Origin: Chara braunii
Taxonomy: Eukaryota > Plantae > Charophyceae
Direction: 5' to 3'
Assembly: GCA_003427395.1 (NCBI GenBank)
Contig: BFEA01000022.1
Span: forward strand, 3,385,532 to 3,449,531
Length of the DNA: 64,000 nucleotides
The position numbers and the translations under genes are program-made. Below the pieces are notes generated by a model, which was not told where the DNA came from, did no database searches, and saw nothing but the letters and a program-made list of their open reading frames with translations. This document shows positions 1 to 13,063 of the stretch, piece after piece (within the stretch, counting starts at the first letter, position 1; every line of letters starts with the position of its first letter).

Positions 1-614
1 GCATGCAGTGACAACATGTTGTCCCTCAACACTTTCAGGGTGTCAGACAAACTCGATTCGTCCAATCCCTCTAACGCAGCCTTGTCAGCCTCTAACGTAT
101 CAAGTCTGGACGCTCTACTTTTTATCTCTCTTTCTCTATCGGTTGCTTTCTTCAGATCCTCTTCTAACTGCTGGCGGAGCCTCTCGACCTGTTGGATCTC
201 TCTGAGCTCCCTCTCACACGGGGTCAACGGGCTGAACTGCGAGCCCGCCATTTGACTAGAAGACTGTCTAGACCCTGTTGAACCGGAAGTGCCCGAGGAA
301 CTTGTGGAACTCGTTGGCATTCCCAACTGAGTCCCACTATTCCCTGACGAGGACGCAGACGATGACGCAGACGATGACGCAGCAGAGCTGGTATCGTTAG
401 CCATTGCTGTTGCTCTGGCTACTGTTGCCCGCTCTCTTGCTACTCTGTTTGCTTCCTGTAATCCTGTTGCTAGAGCACGGGCTCTACATTCGGCACGAAG
501 CCGTCTTTCTTCTCCCTCGTCCAAGGTCCTGAACACGTGCGAAACCCTTAGTGCATCTGCACGTGTAAGTCTTCTATTGTCTGCTCTATCATCAACAGGA
601 TCTGATCCACTCAT
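1..614 (-). CDS. gag: Gag-like N-terminus of an LTR retrotransposon (runs off the left edge)
   Basis: ATG at 614-612 opens a stop-free minus-strand frame to the window edge (MSGSDPVDDRADNRRLTRADALRV...SSAASSS...ERELREIQQVERLRQQLEEDL). It lies just downstream of a putative LTR and PBS. It is missing from the ORF track because it has no stop. Confidence 0.7.
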   Translation of the reverse strand, partial: MSGSDPVDDRADNRRLTRADALRVSHVFRTLDEGEERRLRAECRARALATGLQEANRVARERATVARATAMANDTSSAASSSASSSASSSGNSGTQLGMPTSSTSSSGTSGSTGSRQSSSQMAGSQFSPLTPCERELREIQQVERLRQQLEEDLKKATDREREIKSRASRLDTLEADKAALEGLDESSLSDTLKVLRDNMLSLH

Positions 615-908
615 TAGTTAGGCAGATAGTTTCTGCACTAGAATCCCCTAGTGGAATCCTACCACAACATGTATCTGACCGACACCTAATTTTCTAACAA
701 TAGTTGTGTCCGGCGAGTATCCTACTATACCGAATCAAGTGGCATGTCTACAACATTCACACAGATTGTCTACATGGTCTAGATGCACCCTGATTGGTTC
801 ACTTACAGCAGCATTAGTTAGAACTGGCTATGGTAGCATACAACAGTCCTACACTAATCTGTCCGTGAGGTTAGCAGTCCGTCAACCAACTAATCAAAGG
901 TACAAAAA

Positions 909-920
909 GACAATGTACCA
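909..920 (-). promoter_or_regulatory. Putative primer-binding site (TGGTACATTGTC)
   Basis: On the minus strand TGG begins 2 nt after the LTR-terminal CA. Confidence 0.5.
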
Positions 921-922
921 GA

Positions 923-3241
923 TGTATGATTGATGGGTATGGTTGTGTAAACAGTTGAGCACCAATTGGAACCTACCCTCCCCTCAATCCAACCATCCGA
1001 ACAGCATCATTGAGCAGGCAGTGTCTTCGTGTGNNNNNNNNNNNNNNNNNNNNNNNNNNNNNNNNNNNNNNNNNNNNNNNNNNNNNNNNNNNNNNNNNNN
1101 NNNNNNNNNNNNNNNNNNNNNNNNNNNNNNNNNNNNNNNNNNNNNNNNNNNNNNNNNNNNNNNNNNNNNNNNNNNNNNNNNNNNNNNNNNNNNNNNNNNN
1201 NNNNNNNNNNNNNNNNNNNNNNNNNNNNNNNNNNNNNNNNNNNAGGAGGAATTTATAGAGCGCCCCCATCTCTTCAGGAATTATTTAACGTCGCAGTCAG
1301 GACGACGATCACAGCCAGAATCACAATGAACTCCCAACCAGAAATGTTTATAGACGGTCTGGTAAGCGTCTGTCATGGGTTGGCACACCCGGAGGAACTT
1401 CTATCAGCGCAGCAAGTGCCAAACAGGACAGCAGCCATCGCATGCGTGCACTACTCCCTGGGGCTGGCATGGTGACCGTGACCCAAGTGCTTCGACAAGG
1501 GCCCTTCAGAGGCACCGCCCTTTCTCCTTCCAGTATGCTTCTGGGAAGATTGTCGTCTCTCAAGGTAGCGCGCTCACGACACCTCACCAAAAGAGAGGAC
1601 TCTCAAGTTGGACTCACTTCCTCACGGTAAGAAGAGATTGAGAGAGTAGATAAGGTAAGGGAACAACGTACCTGGAGATAGCTGCCCCCAACCACAGATT
1701 TCTCACCAATTGAGCTGATGTTGCATTTGATGACCGGTCATGACCTCGGTACCACCCACAACGCAATGCAGTGCCACCTTAGTCCAATCCCACATCAGCA
1801 TGCTCTCATCACCAATCAAACATTCCGCTGTATCCCACGGCTAATAATGTCGTCAATAGCCTTCCGGTGCACCCCTCTCTACCCAGGGCGTGCACCTAGT
1901 GTAGCCTGACGTCACAAGTACCCACTGCGAAGAAGCATCATCAACGCACCAAGTCTGTATAACGCCAGCGTGCCAAAGGTAAGTGGCGATCAAACCAGGT
2001 CCGATACCAAATTGCAAGGAACACGAGTATGGACGAAGCACAGAAATCCAGAATGCAAAATCACACTGAAGTCCAAGTATTCAAAGCCAAAGCAGATAGC
2101 ACATGGAACCGAGTAACCATATCCCATTGAGAATGATACAGAAGAATCGTGAGTCAATGTCCATGCCCAACAGGGCAACACCGACAGCATAACCCAAATG
2201 TAGCTCCCTCTTGTGAATGGCGCCAGGCGCCCTATCTACTCTACAGCCTATCCTACAACTACAGCAATGAACAGCAACCAGACAACTTGACTACCAGCGA
2301 GTGATGATGTCAACACCAATGCAGACCTCCACCATCACCAGGTACGTGTCATCTTCCCCACACTCTCCCTTGTTACCCACACAGCGCCCTTCACCTCCGA
2401 AGTACCACCTTCGCCCTCACCTCCCCTGCACCCTCTATTGATAATTTCTTCATTCTATTCATATAGAAACATATTATCATTAATAAAATAGAATAATAAT
2501 CATCATCATAAATAAATTGAATAGAAATATTCTAGATATAATGTATAGATAGGTATATTTAGATTATATATAGATATATATATCTTTAGGACACTATTAT
2601 AGCATCTATTTGTTGAAACTTACTATGGCTGCCAGTGCCCTCAGTGCAGGCAGCGCCCTACCGCCTAGCGCTGGCCTGCTTGCTCTTAGCGCAGCACTGC
2701 CTTGCACAGCGCGGCACACATGCATCCGCGCAGCGTGCCCGCATGTGCCAGCATTGGCCAAGATCCTTGCTGCCTCGCCCTGCTTGCCTATATGCCAATG
2801 CAGCATGTGGGCGGCCTTTCTTCAGCCTGCGACCGGGACCCAGAGGCTGAAGCCTTCCCGATACAGTTGGGCCCCGGAGCAATGCAGTTGCGCCTCTCTT
2901 CTCAAGGCCTGCGGCCAGATTCAGATAGTGGGCCGATTTTCCCTTTGGCATTTCGGCCTCTCTACCCAGCATGCATTGTCGGCCTCACGTTCGAGTGCCC
3001 AGGGCCTAACTAACTCAGAGGCCCTGGGCATTTCAGCATTTGCTGAAATCCGAGACTCGGTGCACTCCAACCAACTGGCGTGCTGCAACTGTATAGACCC
3101 CACTTCGTGAAATGTTGGCCGAGAGGGCTCTTGTGGATTTGCTGGCCGCCTTCACTTAGGGCGGGCACTAGGCTTGCTGGGGCCTTAGCCCAGAACATGT
3201 ACATCATGGCAAGGCCCCTACTTGAGGGCTCAATCCTCACA
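923..3241 (-). mobile_element. 5' LTR (~2.3 kb, contains an N gap) of a minus-strand LTR retrotransposon
   Basis: TG...CA ends with imperfect inverted termini (TGTATGATTGA / TCAATCCTCACA), adjacent to PBS and gag. Its right part is similar to 15290-16252. Confidence 0.7.
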
Positions 3242-3339
3242 GCCTCAATAGATTAGGAGGTGCAGAGGAGGGGAAGAGTTCGTGGGAAACACATTAAAGG
3301 GAGGAGGGGGAACATGGGAAGGGCAGGGAAAAATTGTCG

Positions 3340-3341
<2 letters not shown>

Positions 3342-3385
<44 letters not shown>

Positions 3386-3508
3386 GGGGGGTCGGGGGTC
3401 AGGTCAGAGGGGAAAGACAACAGAGACAAGGCATCAAAATCATGGAAGGAGGGCGGAGAGGGGAAGAGAGGGGGAGAGGGCGGGGAATAATCATCTCAGT
3501 ACAGGGAG

Positions 3509-3561
<53 letters not shown>
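3342..3561. repeat. Two (GA)n microsatellites in purine-rich DNA
   Basis: (GA)n at about 3342-3381 and 3511-3561. Confidence 0.95.
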
Positions 3562-3564
<3 letters not shown>

Positions 3565-4829
3565 CTGACATCATGCTGTTCCTCCAGCTGCAGCAATAAC
3601 CCATTGCTGGAATGCAGGCTGTTTCCACGGAGGTTGGCCGATAACTTCACTGGGAAACTGGCAAGCCAAAGGACTGTTCCCCGGGTACCTGGCAACCTCA
3701 GATTCCAAAACTTTTTTTTTTTTCCGGAGGTGTGGCTTGCTATCCCCCACAACTCCTTGTTGTTGTAAATCCCTCCTGTGTGGTATAGGCGCTGTAGTAG
3801 GCCATGCTTGTGGGGTACAGCACGTATGTCGACACGTGCTTGCTACGCAAGGACCGGGTGCACAGTAAACATGTTCTGAATCGTTGATATTCAGCTCTAT
3901 TTCAATTATTTTCTGGTGCATTCATTGATCTCCTGCTTAAGTGTTGAGTCTCCTGACAGCATTCTCTTTTGAACCCCAGGATGCCTGTTGCTGCGGTTGT
4001 GAAGCTCATCCCTACCAGAGAAGAACCATATTTCAGGAATAACCTTCTCAGCCAGATTTGGAAGAAAAACGGTGAGTTTATTTTCTGCCTTGGCCTGGTT
4101 TGGTCATTGGATTGACACTTTGAACATGGAGAAATTCTGCTCTTAAGGTAGTCTCTTATTATGGTGTTGGATCCTGAGTCTTTATGGTTTTTTGAACCTT
4201 TTCTTTCGTTTTCGAACTCGCAACGGAATTGCCTTGACTTGGTGCCGCTCCTCTGATTCACAAATGGATTGCTTTATTTTTGAATATTTTTTCTCTATTC
4301 TTTATGTTTAACCTTCAATCCTTTTCTTCTTGTTCTAATTTCCTTTTTAACCACTGATTCGGGAAAAGAATTCAGCCCTGTACTGCCTCATATTTTTGAA
4401 TCAATTGTGTAACCTGCAATCAGACTCGTCTTCTTCTTCGTTCAACATGCATGCAAACAGATGGCAATCTAAACTGGCGCCAGGCGCCCACACAAAGCTC
4501 AGAGATATCAAGGCCGAGAACACAGTTCAGATACAAACTCACTTCACACTGGCTATGGCGCCTGAGCGCCTAAACTTCACTTCCCCAATCTGTATTCACA
4601 GGGACTGTTTGCACACACTCAACTCTGGATCTCCCTGGATTTCCCACGCACGTTCACTCTGTATCTCACACACACACACACACACACACACCCTCACTAC
4701 TAACTATCGCTAGCTATGGCAGCTATGGCCGTCGGCAACCACTCCCTACAAGCAGCGATGGCTGCTCTATCTTCCTCGCAGCCCACTTCGACTTTGGGCA
4801 TCTGCAGACCACCTCGCACAAGACGCTAG

Positions 4830-6004
4830 TGCAATGACTTGCTGGTTCCAGGTTGCCTGTAGCCTCTCTCTGACGAGGCTGTACCATAGGTAGGGACAGA
4901 TTTGTAATTTTGTTTGGGTGAGGGCTAACCGAGAGACCTACCTGTAGGGAAAATTTGTGAGGGCTAACTCGAATTTCCTACAGCTATCCTAACTGCGAAT
5001 AGCAGACCCGGGCTACCCCTAGGACAGACAGGCCCTATGGGCCTACGCTGATAGGCAGTCCTATAGCCTATAGCCGGGTAGGGAGAGGCCCTAGAGGCCG
5101 AAACAGAAACGGTACCGGTCGGTCAGTCAGTCCGGTCTAGGTCGTGTCTAGGCTAGTTTAGAGGATAGATAGGATGGGGACATCGGTTCTGGGCTTTTTG
5201 CAGTTGATACTTCGTGGTGGAAATTGCTGCGCACACGGTATCAGGTCGTGGTTGCTGATTCCGGTGGTGGAGACGGCGGACATAGCCAGACCTTCGGGGC
5301 GCTGACCAGACGGGTCAACGCTGTCCGCTCTGACTCTCTGGGAGTCAAAGCGGTCTGGGCTATGAGAGGTCTGATGCGTTGGAGCACGTGGTGCACTGCT
5401 GACCCTCCTCAGGAATAGGGTCCTAGTGGCGATGCAGCCATAGCTGCATCTTCTCAGAGGATATCATCGTCTGGACTTCATCTTCATCAGGGACTGTTGG
5501 CGCTGGGCTTCTTCTTCATCATCTGGGTGGCGATTGGCTCTGGGAGCCTGTTTCACTTTGGTGCAGGCCACTGAGTTGGATGTCAGGGTGGCGTTGGGTG
5601 TTACCTAGGGTTTCGGTGCTATTTTTAGCTGTTCCGGGTGGTGGGGTTGAGGCGCTACCCCTCTGAGGGTAGCACAACAGGGTTCTGAGGTCATTTTAGT
5701 TGAACGATGCTCTAAGTTTAATAAACAGTGGTAATACTGTGTATGAGTTGTCATCTCTTCATTGATTTCTGGTTGTGATCACTCGGTTGTCTTCTATGAA
5801 TGATTGTTGGGACTTACGTGGAGAGAATTCACTGAATTGTGTATTCTGTCACTTCGCTTCTCCGAGTCTTCCGCTGCGTTTTCTTTTCTGGGCGGTGTGA
5901 CCCTCCACTACCTCTCCCCTTCCTTTTGTGCATGTATGGGCATGTACGGGAGTTCCTGTGAGTGAGTGCTGATAAAATTTCAACAGACAATCATGTTTAT
6001 AACA
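4830..6004 (+). repeat. 5' LTR (1175 bp)
   Basis: TGCAATGAC...TATAACA; direct repeat of 13064-14274. Confidence 0.95.
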
Positions 6005-6006
6005 GT

Positions 6007-6018
6007 TGGTATCGGAGC
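6007..6018 (+). promoter_or_regulatory. Primer-binding site, tRNA-iMet type
   Basis: TGGTATCGGAGC 2 nt after the LTR; one mismatch to canonical TGGTATCAGAGC. Confidence 0.9.
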
Positions 6019-7366
6019 AGATCGGACCCAGACAGTGGCAAGATGATGGACTGAGGCAGCCATCACTACCTGAGAGCTTCTGACGTTGGATTTCATGGAG
6101 GAATCACATCTTCAGTACTGCGCTCAATAGGGTGTTGGTGAGGAGTGTGTGGTGGTTGGTATGACATAGAGATTGGTGGCGATTCAGTGCTCAGTGGCCT
6201 GAGAGGCACTAAGGGGCTATTTTTAGCCCAAGCGTTGACTCTGCTGGTGACGAAATACCTGGGGGTATGTCGAGTTTCAGATTCTGGGCTAGATACAGTG
6301 AATCTGATTAGTGGGGGTTAATCGCCATATCAAGAACTACATTATCACCAAGTTTCAGGAGATTTGGAACGTGGGAGCACCAGGAACAGTGAATTGAAGA
6401 AACTGGCGAGATGGCAGCCATAGCTAGTTCAGCTTCTTCGTCCAGTGTCTTGCCCTGAAGTAAGTGTGTTCCTTACTCAAGTCCCTGTAGCGAGTCTGAT
6501 AGTTGTGATTATACTGGGAAAATTGAAATTGTATGTCTATAGACAGTGAAACTTGAAAATCGCACTGCCTGACAGCCAAAGCTATTTCCCCTACCTATCT
6601 ACTTTGACTTCTACTGACTTTGTTTGACCTCCTCTCTGTCTCAAATTGCATCTCTGACTGTGTTACAGTATTGCGATTCAGTACACATAGTGAATTGAGT
6701 AGTTCAGGGTCTGTATGTCAGTGATAATGAAATTTTGAATGTTGCGCTGCCATAGCCAATGCTTGGGGCAGCTAGGGTTTATCATATCTTAGATTCTGTC
6801 CGTCAGAATTTCAGTCTGTCAGTCCCCCTGGAATCGCAATTCAGTATTGAGTCAGTGTCTGAAAGCGCTATACTGGAATTGATGTTTTGAGTAAGATACA
6901 GTGATACCTTTACTTCGCCTCACCTATAGCGGGGCATACAGGGTCCAACAGTGCCAGTGTCAGTAGTAGGAGTCTAAGAATAGCTTGATCAGTCATCCGC
7001 TGCATCTTGGTTGACTACTGAGTTCTGTTAATTGCTACTGACTCTCTGCGCTATTCTAACCTTCCTACTTATAGTCCAAGGTTGCATCCTGACTAATTAT
7101 CTGACAGTGACTCTGGGGTTATAATACTCAGATGAGGGTTCTGGGCCGTGAATGAAAAATCGCAAGCTGATTTTATCTGGACTTATCCTAAACTGACCCA
7201 GAACAGCCCTCAACGGCCTACAGAGGTTGAGCGCTCTTCTGCCCTTTACACCACGTCTCTTCTCATCAGGTGGCAGTGATTACATCAGTGGTTGCGTGTG
7301 TAATCTTAATCCCTGCTGACCTTGTATCTGTCTGTCATATTTATTTGACTGGCTGAGTGGTTCATT

Positions 7367-9447
7367 ATGGCTGACGCTGAAACGAAGATTGAGGGAGGAG
7401 AAACTTCCATTAGCCCTCCTCAAGTTCCTCTCTCTCCTCTGGAGGTGGCTCTGTGTGAGGTTGAGCAGGCTCGCCTCAAGCCATAGGCCCAGATCCAGCG
7501 TTTGAAACAGGAGATGGAGGAAGCTCAGGAGGCTAGTAAGAATGAAGAGAGGAGGAGACAACTACGAAAGGATGTTGAAAAGGTTGTCACGAGTAGTACT
7601 TCCATTCAGTACAGTAAGGATACTGCTGAGTTGGTGCCGTTAACAGACACCATCAACAGGTCTTACTTTTCTAACTGGGACCAGCGGATACTCGCGCTCG
7701 AGACCCAAGGTTCTGCCATCGACCGAAAGGTTGATAAACTGCCAGCAAGCCTTGAGTCCCTGACGGGGAGTGTGAACAACATTCTGCAGCATCTGCACCT
7801 ACCTGTCCCTTCTCCCCAACCTCCTCAACCTTCCCCAATGCCTTCTACACCATCTCACAGTCGGCCATCTTCACCTGCTGGTTCCCATGTGTCCACTATC
7901 TCTGTTCCCTCTGGCACATCTGATCCGTGGCAGCCCAAGCTGACGCCACCTCCAAAGTATTATGGGGAAGACCCCAAGGTGGACGTTTCAGATTGGGTTA
8001 CTGCTATGCAGGCGTACCTGGGCAACTTTGTATGTCCAAAGGTGACAAAGGTAGGGACCATTCTGGGTCGTTTGGAGAGGACTGCACTGAAATGGTGCAC
8101 CTCCACTGCAGCGAAACAGAACTTGCCCATGGACAAATGGGCACAACAGCTGAAGGTGGAGGGGTTGTTGCAGGCCCTGCGGGACCGGTTTGCAGACAGG
8201 GAAATACTGCTGCTGGGCTCGCGCAGATTTGAGGGTTCCCTGTCCAAGCTCTATAGTTTGTTTGAGAGCTTGACTGCAACACCCGGTCAGGAGATGAGTG
8301 AGTCTGACCAGCTCACTCACTTCCTGCGCGCAGCGCCTCCAGACTACTCCATCGCTCTCTACTCTCAGGACCATAAGGACTGGAGGTCCTTTGGCAAAGC
8401 GGCCCTGGACCTGGAGTCTCGGCTCAAGGTTCAGTAACCTTCTGAAGGAAGGAGGAGACCCTCTTCCAGGGGACAGCGCAGGAAGAAGGGTGCTCTATTG
8501 GCTGCTGATGCAAGTTCTGATTCTGATGCATCTCAGCGTGGCAGTCCTCCATCTGAGATTGCATTAGTATCAGCAGTTGAGCCAGCCGTTCTTGCCCTGG
8601 CTGAGAACCTTGCTGCAATCTTCAAGGGAAAGACTGGCAGCAGCAGCAACAAGGCCTCAACCAGCCAGAAGGGGAAAGGGAAGGGGCATGCCTCTTCCCC
8701 TCAGGCCCAAAGAGGGGTTGTTGCAGGCCCTGCGGGACCGGTTTGCAGACAGGGAAATACTGCTGCTGGGCTCGCGCAGATTTGAGGGTTCCCTGTCCAA
8801 GCTCTACAGTTTGTTTGAGAGCTTGACTGCAACACCCAGTCTAGAGATGAGTGAGTCTGACCAGCTCACTCACTTCCTGCGCGCAGCGCCTCCAGACTAC
8901 TCCATCGCTCTCTACTCTCAGGGCCATAAGGACTGGAGGTCCTTTGGCAAAGCGGCCCTGGACCTGGAGTCTCGGCTCAAGGTTCAAGAACCTTCTGAAG
9001 GAAGGAGGAGACCCTCTTCCAGGGGACAGCGCAGGAAGAAGGGTGCTCTATTGTCTGTTGATGCATGTTCTGATTCTGATGCATTCATCTGAGATTGCAT
9101 CAGTATCAGCAGTTCAGCCAGCCGTTCTTGCCCTGGTTGAGAACCTTGCTGCAATCTTCAAGGGAAAGACTGGCAGCAGCAGCAACAAGGCCTCAACCAG
9201 CCAGAAGGGGAAAGGGAAGGGACGTGCCTCTTCCCCTCAGGCCCAAAGAGCTAACCTACCACGACACGTCCATTGGCCAGTTAACATCATGGATCCTTCC
9301 ACCCTTCCCTGGAGAGCGCTCAGGATCCAGGAAGGGCAATGGCAAAAAAGGAAGGAGCGTGAGGTTTGTTTTCGCTGCGAGGGGGACCACTTCCTGGAGG
9401 ATTGTCCCCACATGCCTCGCAAACCTGGTGCTAGTCCAAAAAACTAG
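7367..9447 (+). pseudogene. gag: gag, disrupted by stops and an internal ~550-bp tandem duplication
   Basis: ATG at 7367 is in frame with ORF 7502-8437 (in-frame TAG at 7484). Capsid-like region PKLTPPPKYYGEDPKVDVSDW; C-terminal zinc knuckle CFRCEGDHFLEDC. Confidence 0.88.
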
Positions 9448-12400
9448 ACCAGCAAAGGGAAGTGGAGTTAGCAGCTCCCTCCACTTGTGCTGATTCAGAT
9501 TCTGACGAGTCTGAATTTGCATCTACCCTCACTGACTCTGTTGGAGTTGCTGAGTCAGGATCCTTCACTTACGTGGACCCTGACCTGGATGAGACGTGGC
9601 AGGAAGATGACTGCCAGACTTTTGCTGATCTTTTCCTGTCTTTGCAGGAAAAGAAGAAGCATAAATCAGACCTCATCTTGCTGTGACCCTGGGAGCCAGG
9701 ATCAAAGGCCTACTAGACTGTGGGGCTACGAGGAACTTCATCTCTCCCAAGGTTGTCAGCAAGCTGCATCGGGATGGGAGATTGGTGAAGTTGCAGCAGT
9801 CGCTGGAAGTCAGTATAGGGGACTCTTCCACAATTAGGATTACTACTGCTGTCAAGAACCTACCGGTTATCTTTGACAAGCAGGAGAAGGTCAGGCAGCG
9901 CCTGAACTTCTATGTTTTCCCTAATGTGCCTTTTGATCTTGTCTTCTCCATGCAGTGGCTTGAGGCTACTAACCCTAGGATCGACTGGCAGATCCCCAGG
10001 GTAGAGCTCCCTGACTGTAGAGGGGACTATCAGCCTTGTGTGCTAGCTGATGGGTACCATCCAGTTAGCAGTTGCTATTGTCTGAGGGCACACGAGTTCT
10101 TTCAGCTCTCTCGCTAGACTGCCCACATACGTATGTTTGTCGCATATGTGAAACAAACTGGTGTGGATGCTGCTCCTTGTCCTGCACCGATTCAGCAGGT
10201 TTTGGACCGGTATCCAGACCTGATGCAGGAGCTACTGGACTCGTCCATAGGTAGACCCAACATAGGATTGAGCTCCTGCCAGGTGCGGTCCCTCCCAAGG
10301 GCCGTATCTACAGGATGTCACCTGCTGAACTCGATGAGCTCAGGAGACAACTTGAGACCCTGACCAGCAAGGGCTGGATCAGACCTAACACATCTGAATT
10401 TGGGGCCCCAGTTCTCTTTGTTCCAAAGGGAAATGGAGAATTCAGGATGTGTGTCGACTACAGGGGTCTCAATAAGATCATTAGGAAGTCTACAGAGCCC
10501 CTTCCTAGGATTGATGATCTGCTGGACATGGTGCAGGGTTGCACGATTTTCGGCAAGATCGATCTCAAATCTGGCTATCACCAGATTGAGATGGTTGAAG
10601 GCGATGTCCACAAGACCGCCTTCAAGACCAGATACGACACTTATGAGTACCTTGTCATGCCTTTCGGTCTTTGCAACGCCCCTGGCTCGTAGTTGTGTAC
10701 CTGGATGATGTCTTGGTATTCAGTCAATCTGTCGAGGAGCATGCGCAGCATCTGGCTCGGGTTCTCCAGGCACTACATGAGGCCCAGTATAAGATCAACA
10801 GGGAAAAGTCCTCCTTTGGAGTGACTTTTGTGACTTATCTGGGACATGTAATCTCGGGGGAAGGGCTGGCTCCTGAAGCAACTAAGGTTGCTGCGATTCA
10901 GGACTGGGCACAACCTACCATAGTACGTGATGTCCGGTCATTCCTGGGCATTGCATCTTACTACAGGAAGTTCGTCAAGAACTTCTCTGCTATTGCTGCA
11001 CCCCTGACTCATCTTACAAAGAAAGACACCCACTTTCTTTGGACATCAGACTGTCAGCAGGCTTTTACATGCCTCAAGGAGGCCTTGATGCGTGCACCTA
11101 TTCTGAAGCTACCTGACCCTACCTTGCCCTTCGTACTAACTACTGATGCTAGCCAGTATGGGGTTGGGGCAGTACTTCAGCAGGATGGTGGGCATGGTCT
11201 GCAGCCGGTTGAGTATATGAGTAAAAAGATCAAAGTAAAGAAGCTGCAGGATTCCACGTACGAGAAAGAGCTATATGCTCTAGTGTCAGCACTAAAGCAT
11301 TGGAAGCATTTCCTCATGGGCAAGCACTTCCAGATCTATTCAGATCACTCCACCTTACAGTGGTTGAAGACCCAAGGGGAACTGAATGACAAGCTTGCGC
11401 GCTACATTCAGTTCATTGATCTCTTCGACTTTGAACTGAAGCACAAGAAGGGCTGCTACAATCGTGTAGCAGACGCCTTTTCTCGTAGGCTTGACGCTCT
11501 CTGCCTGATCTCCTCTACTCATACTTTTGGGGACAGCACCCGTCAGACCATTGCCCAGCTATTGCCACAGAACCCGATTTTTGGCCCGATTGTTAGGAAT
11601 CTGCAGACTGATCTTGCCTCTGAACCAGGATACATTCTGGTCTCGGATCTGCTGTACACTTGCAGCAGAGGAGAGGAACGTTTGTGCATCCCTCGGGACC
11701 GCCAGCTGAGAACACTCATTATGTCTGAGTGTCATGATGCTCGCGGCCACTTTGGGGCCTTAAAATCGTTGACAGCCCTGTCACAGTGGTTCTTCTAGCC
11801 AGAGATGAGGAAAGACCTACTGCACTATGTTGAGACCTGTGAATTGTGCCAAAGGAACAAGGTCGTTCGCCGACCTCCCCTTGGCCTGCTGCAGCCACTT
11901 CCCATCCTTGATGCACCAGAAAGTCAGTGGTTATTGATTTCACTGACCTGGGGAGGACCACTCCTCGCGATATGCGTCAGATCATGGTGTGTGTGGACAG
12001 GTTCTCCAAGTACGCAGAGTTTATTCCTTTGCCAGAGGAAGCCAAAGTCCCGGCCGTGCAGGCGGCCTTTGCTGACAGGTGGGTTACTCACCATGGACCA
12101 CCCACCTCTATTGTCAGTGACAGAGATCCGCGGTTCTGCAGCAATGAATGGCAGCCCTATTGTAAGGACTACCTTCATTTCAGACTGGATATGACATCTG
12201 GTCGCCATCCTGAAGCCAATGGGCAGGCTGAAGTGATGAACCAGATTCTTTTCTAGTTGCTGCGTCCGGTGATCAGCCCTGATTAGTAGGATTGGGATCT
12301 CCATCTAGGACGGGCAAAGCTAGTGTACAACACATTTGTACACTCCTCCACAAGGTTCACCCCTTATCGGTTGCACTGGGGACGTGACCCACGGCAGCCT

Positions 12401-13030
12401 CTCGATGACATCATCGATAAGTCTACCCCCAGACTGACTCCTGGGACTGCAGCGTTCATCAGACAGTACGAGGGGGATATCGAACGAGCCAGAGTTAACC
12501 TGCTCACAGCCCAAAAGGCTATGATTCAGCAGGCTCACAAGTATCGTCGACCCTCCCCCATTCGCGCTGGTGACTGGGTCTGGGTACTCCGTTCTGAGCT
12601 ATCGCGGGAGGAGGACATTTTGCCTAAGCTGTTGCCTCGTTATATGGGTCCATGGCAGGTTTTAGACACAGTGGGAGCTGACCCTTTCGGGCCATCTTAT
12701 CACGTGGATGTCCCACTGCATCTACAAACCTACCCTGTCTTTCATGCATCCAAGCTGTTGCCGTTTGTTCCAGCTGACGCATTTCCAGACAGGCCTCCTC
12801 AATTTGGCCCCCCGATCCCCGGGAAGGGATATGAGGTGGAAAAAGTTGAGGATGAGTATGGTACAGGCCCGAATAAGGAGTACCTTGTGAAGTTTCTTTA
12901 CCAGCCCCATACTGAGGATCACTGGTTTACTCGCAAGGAGCTTCTGAAAACAGCAAAGTCAGTTATCCTCAAATATGAGGCTACGCAGAGGGGAGAACCC
13001 CTTCGGCGCTTTGCATGCCTACGCCCCTAG
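9444..13030 (+). pseudogene. pol: pol (protease, RT, RNase H, integrase, chromodomain) with frameshifts, stops and a deletion in RT
   Basis: LLDCGA protease; RT motifs [34 protein letters not shown]; RNase H TTDASQYGVGAVL; integrase CHD..GHFG, CELCQRNK, IVSDRDPRF, HPEANGQAE; GPW motif; chromodomain YEVEKV...EYLVKF...DHWFTRKEL. Confidence 0.95.
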
Positions 13031-13048
13031 CTCGAAGGTCCTCGCTCT

Positions 13049-13061
13049 GGGGGAGGGTAGG
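13049..13061 (+). promoter_or_regulatory. Polypurine tract
   Basis: GGGGGAGGGTAGG ending 2 nt before the 3' LTR. Confidence 0.85.
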
Positions 13062-13063
13062 TC

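Noticed and set aside
2606-3768. Multiple overlapping 100-166 aa ORFs
   Set aside because: They lie in GC-rich LTR sequence and (GA)n tracts and have no protein-like features.
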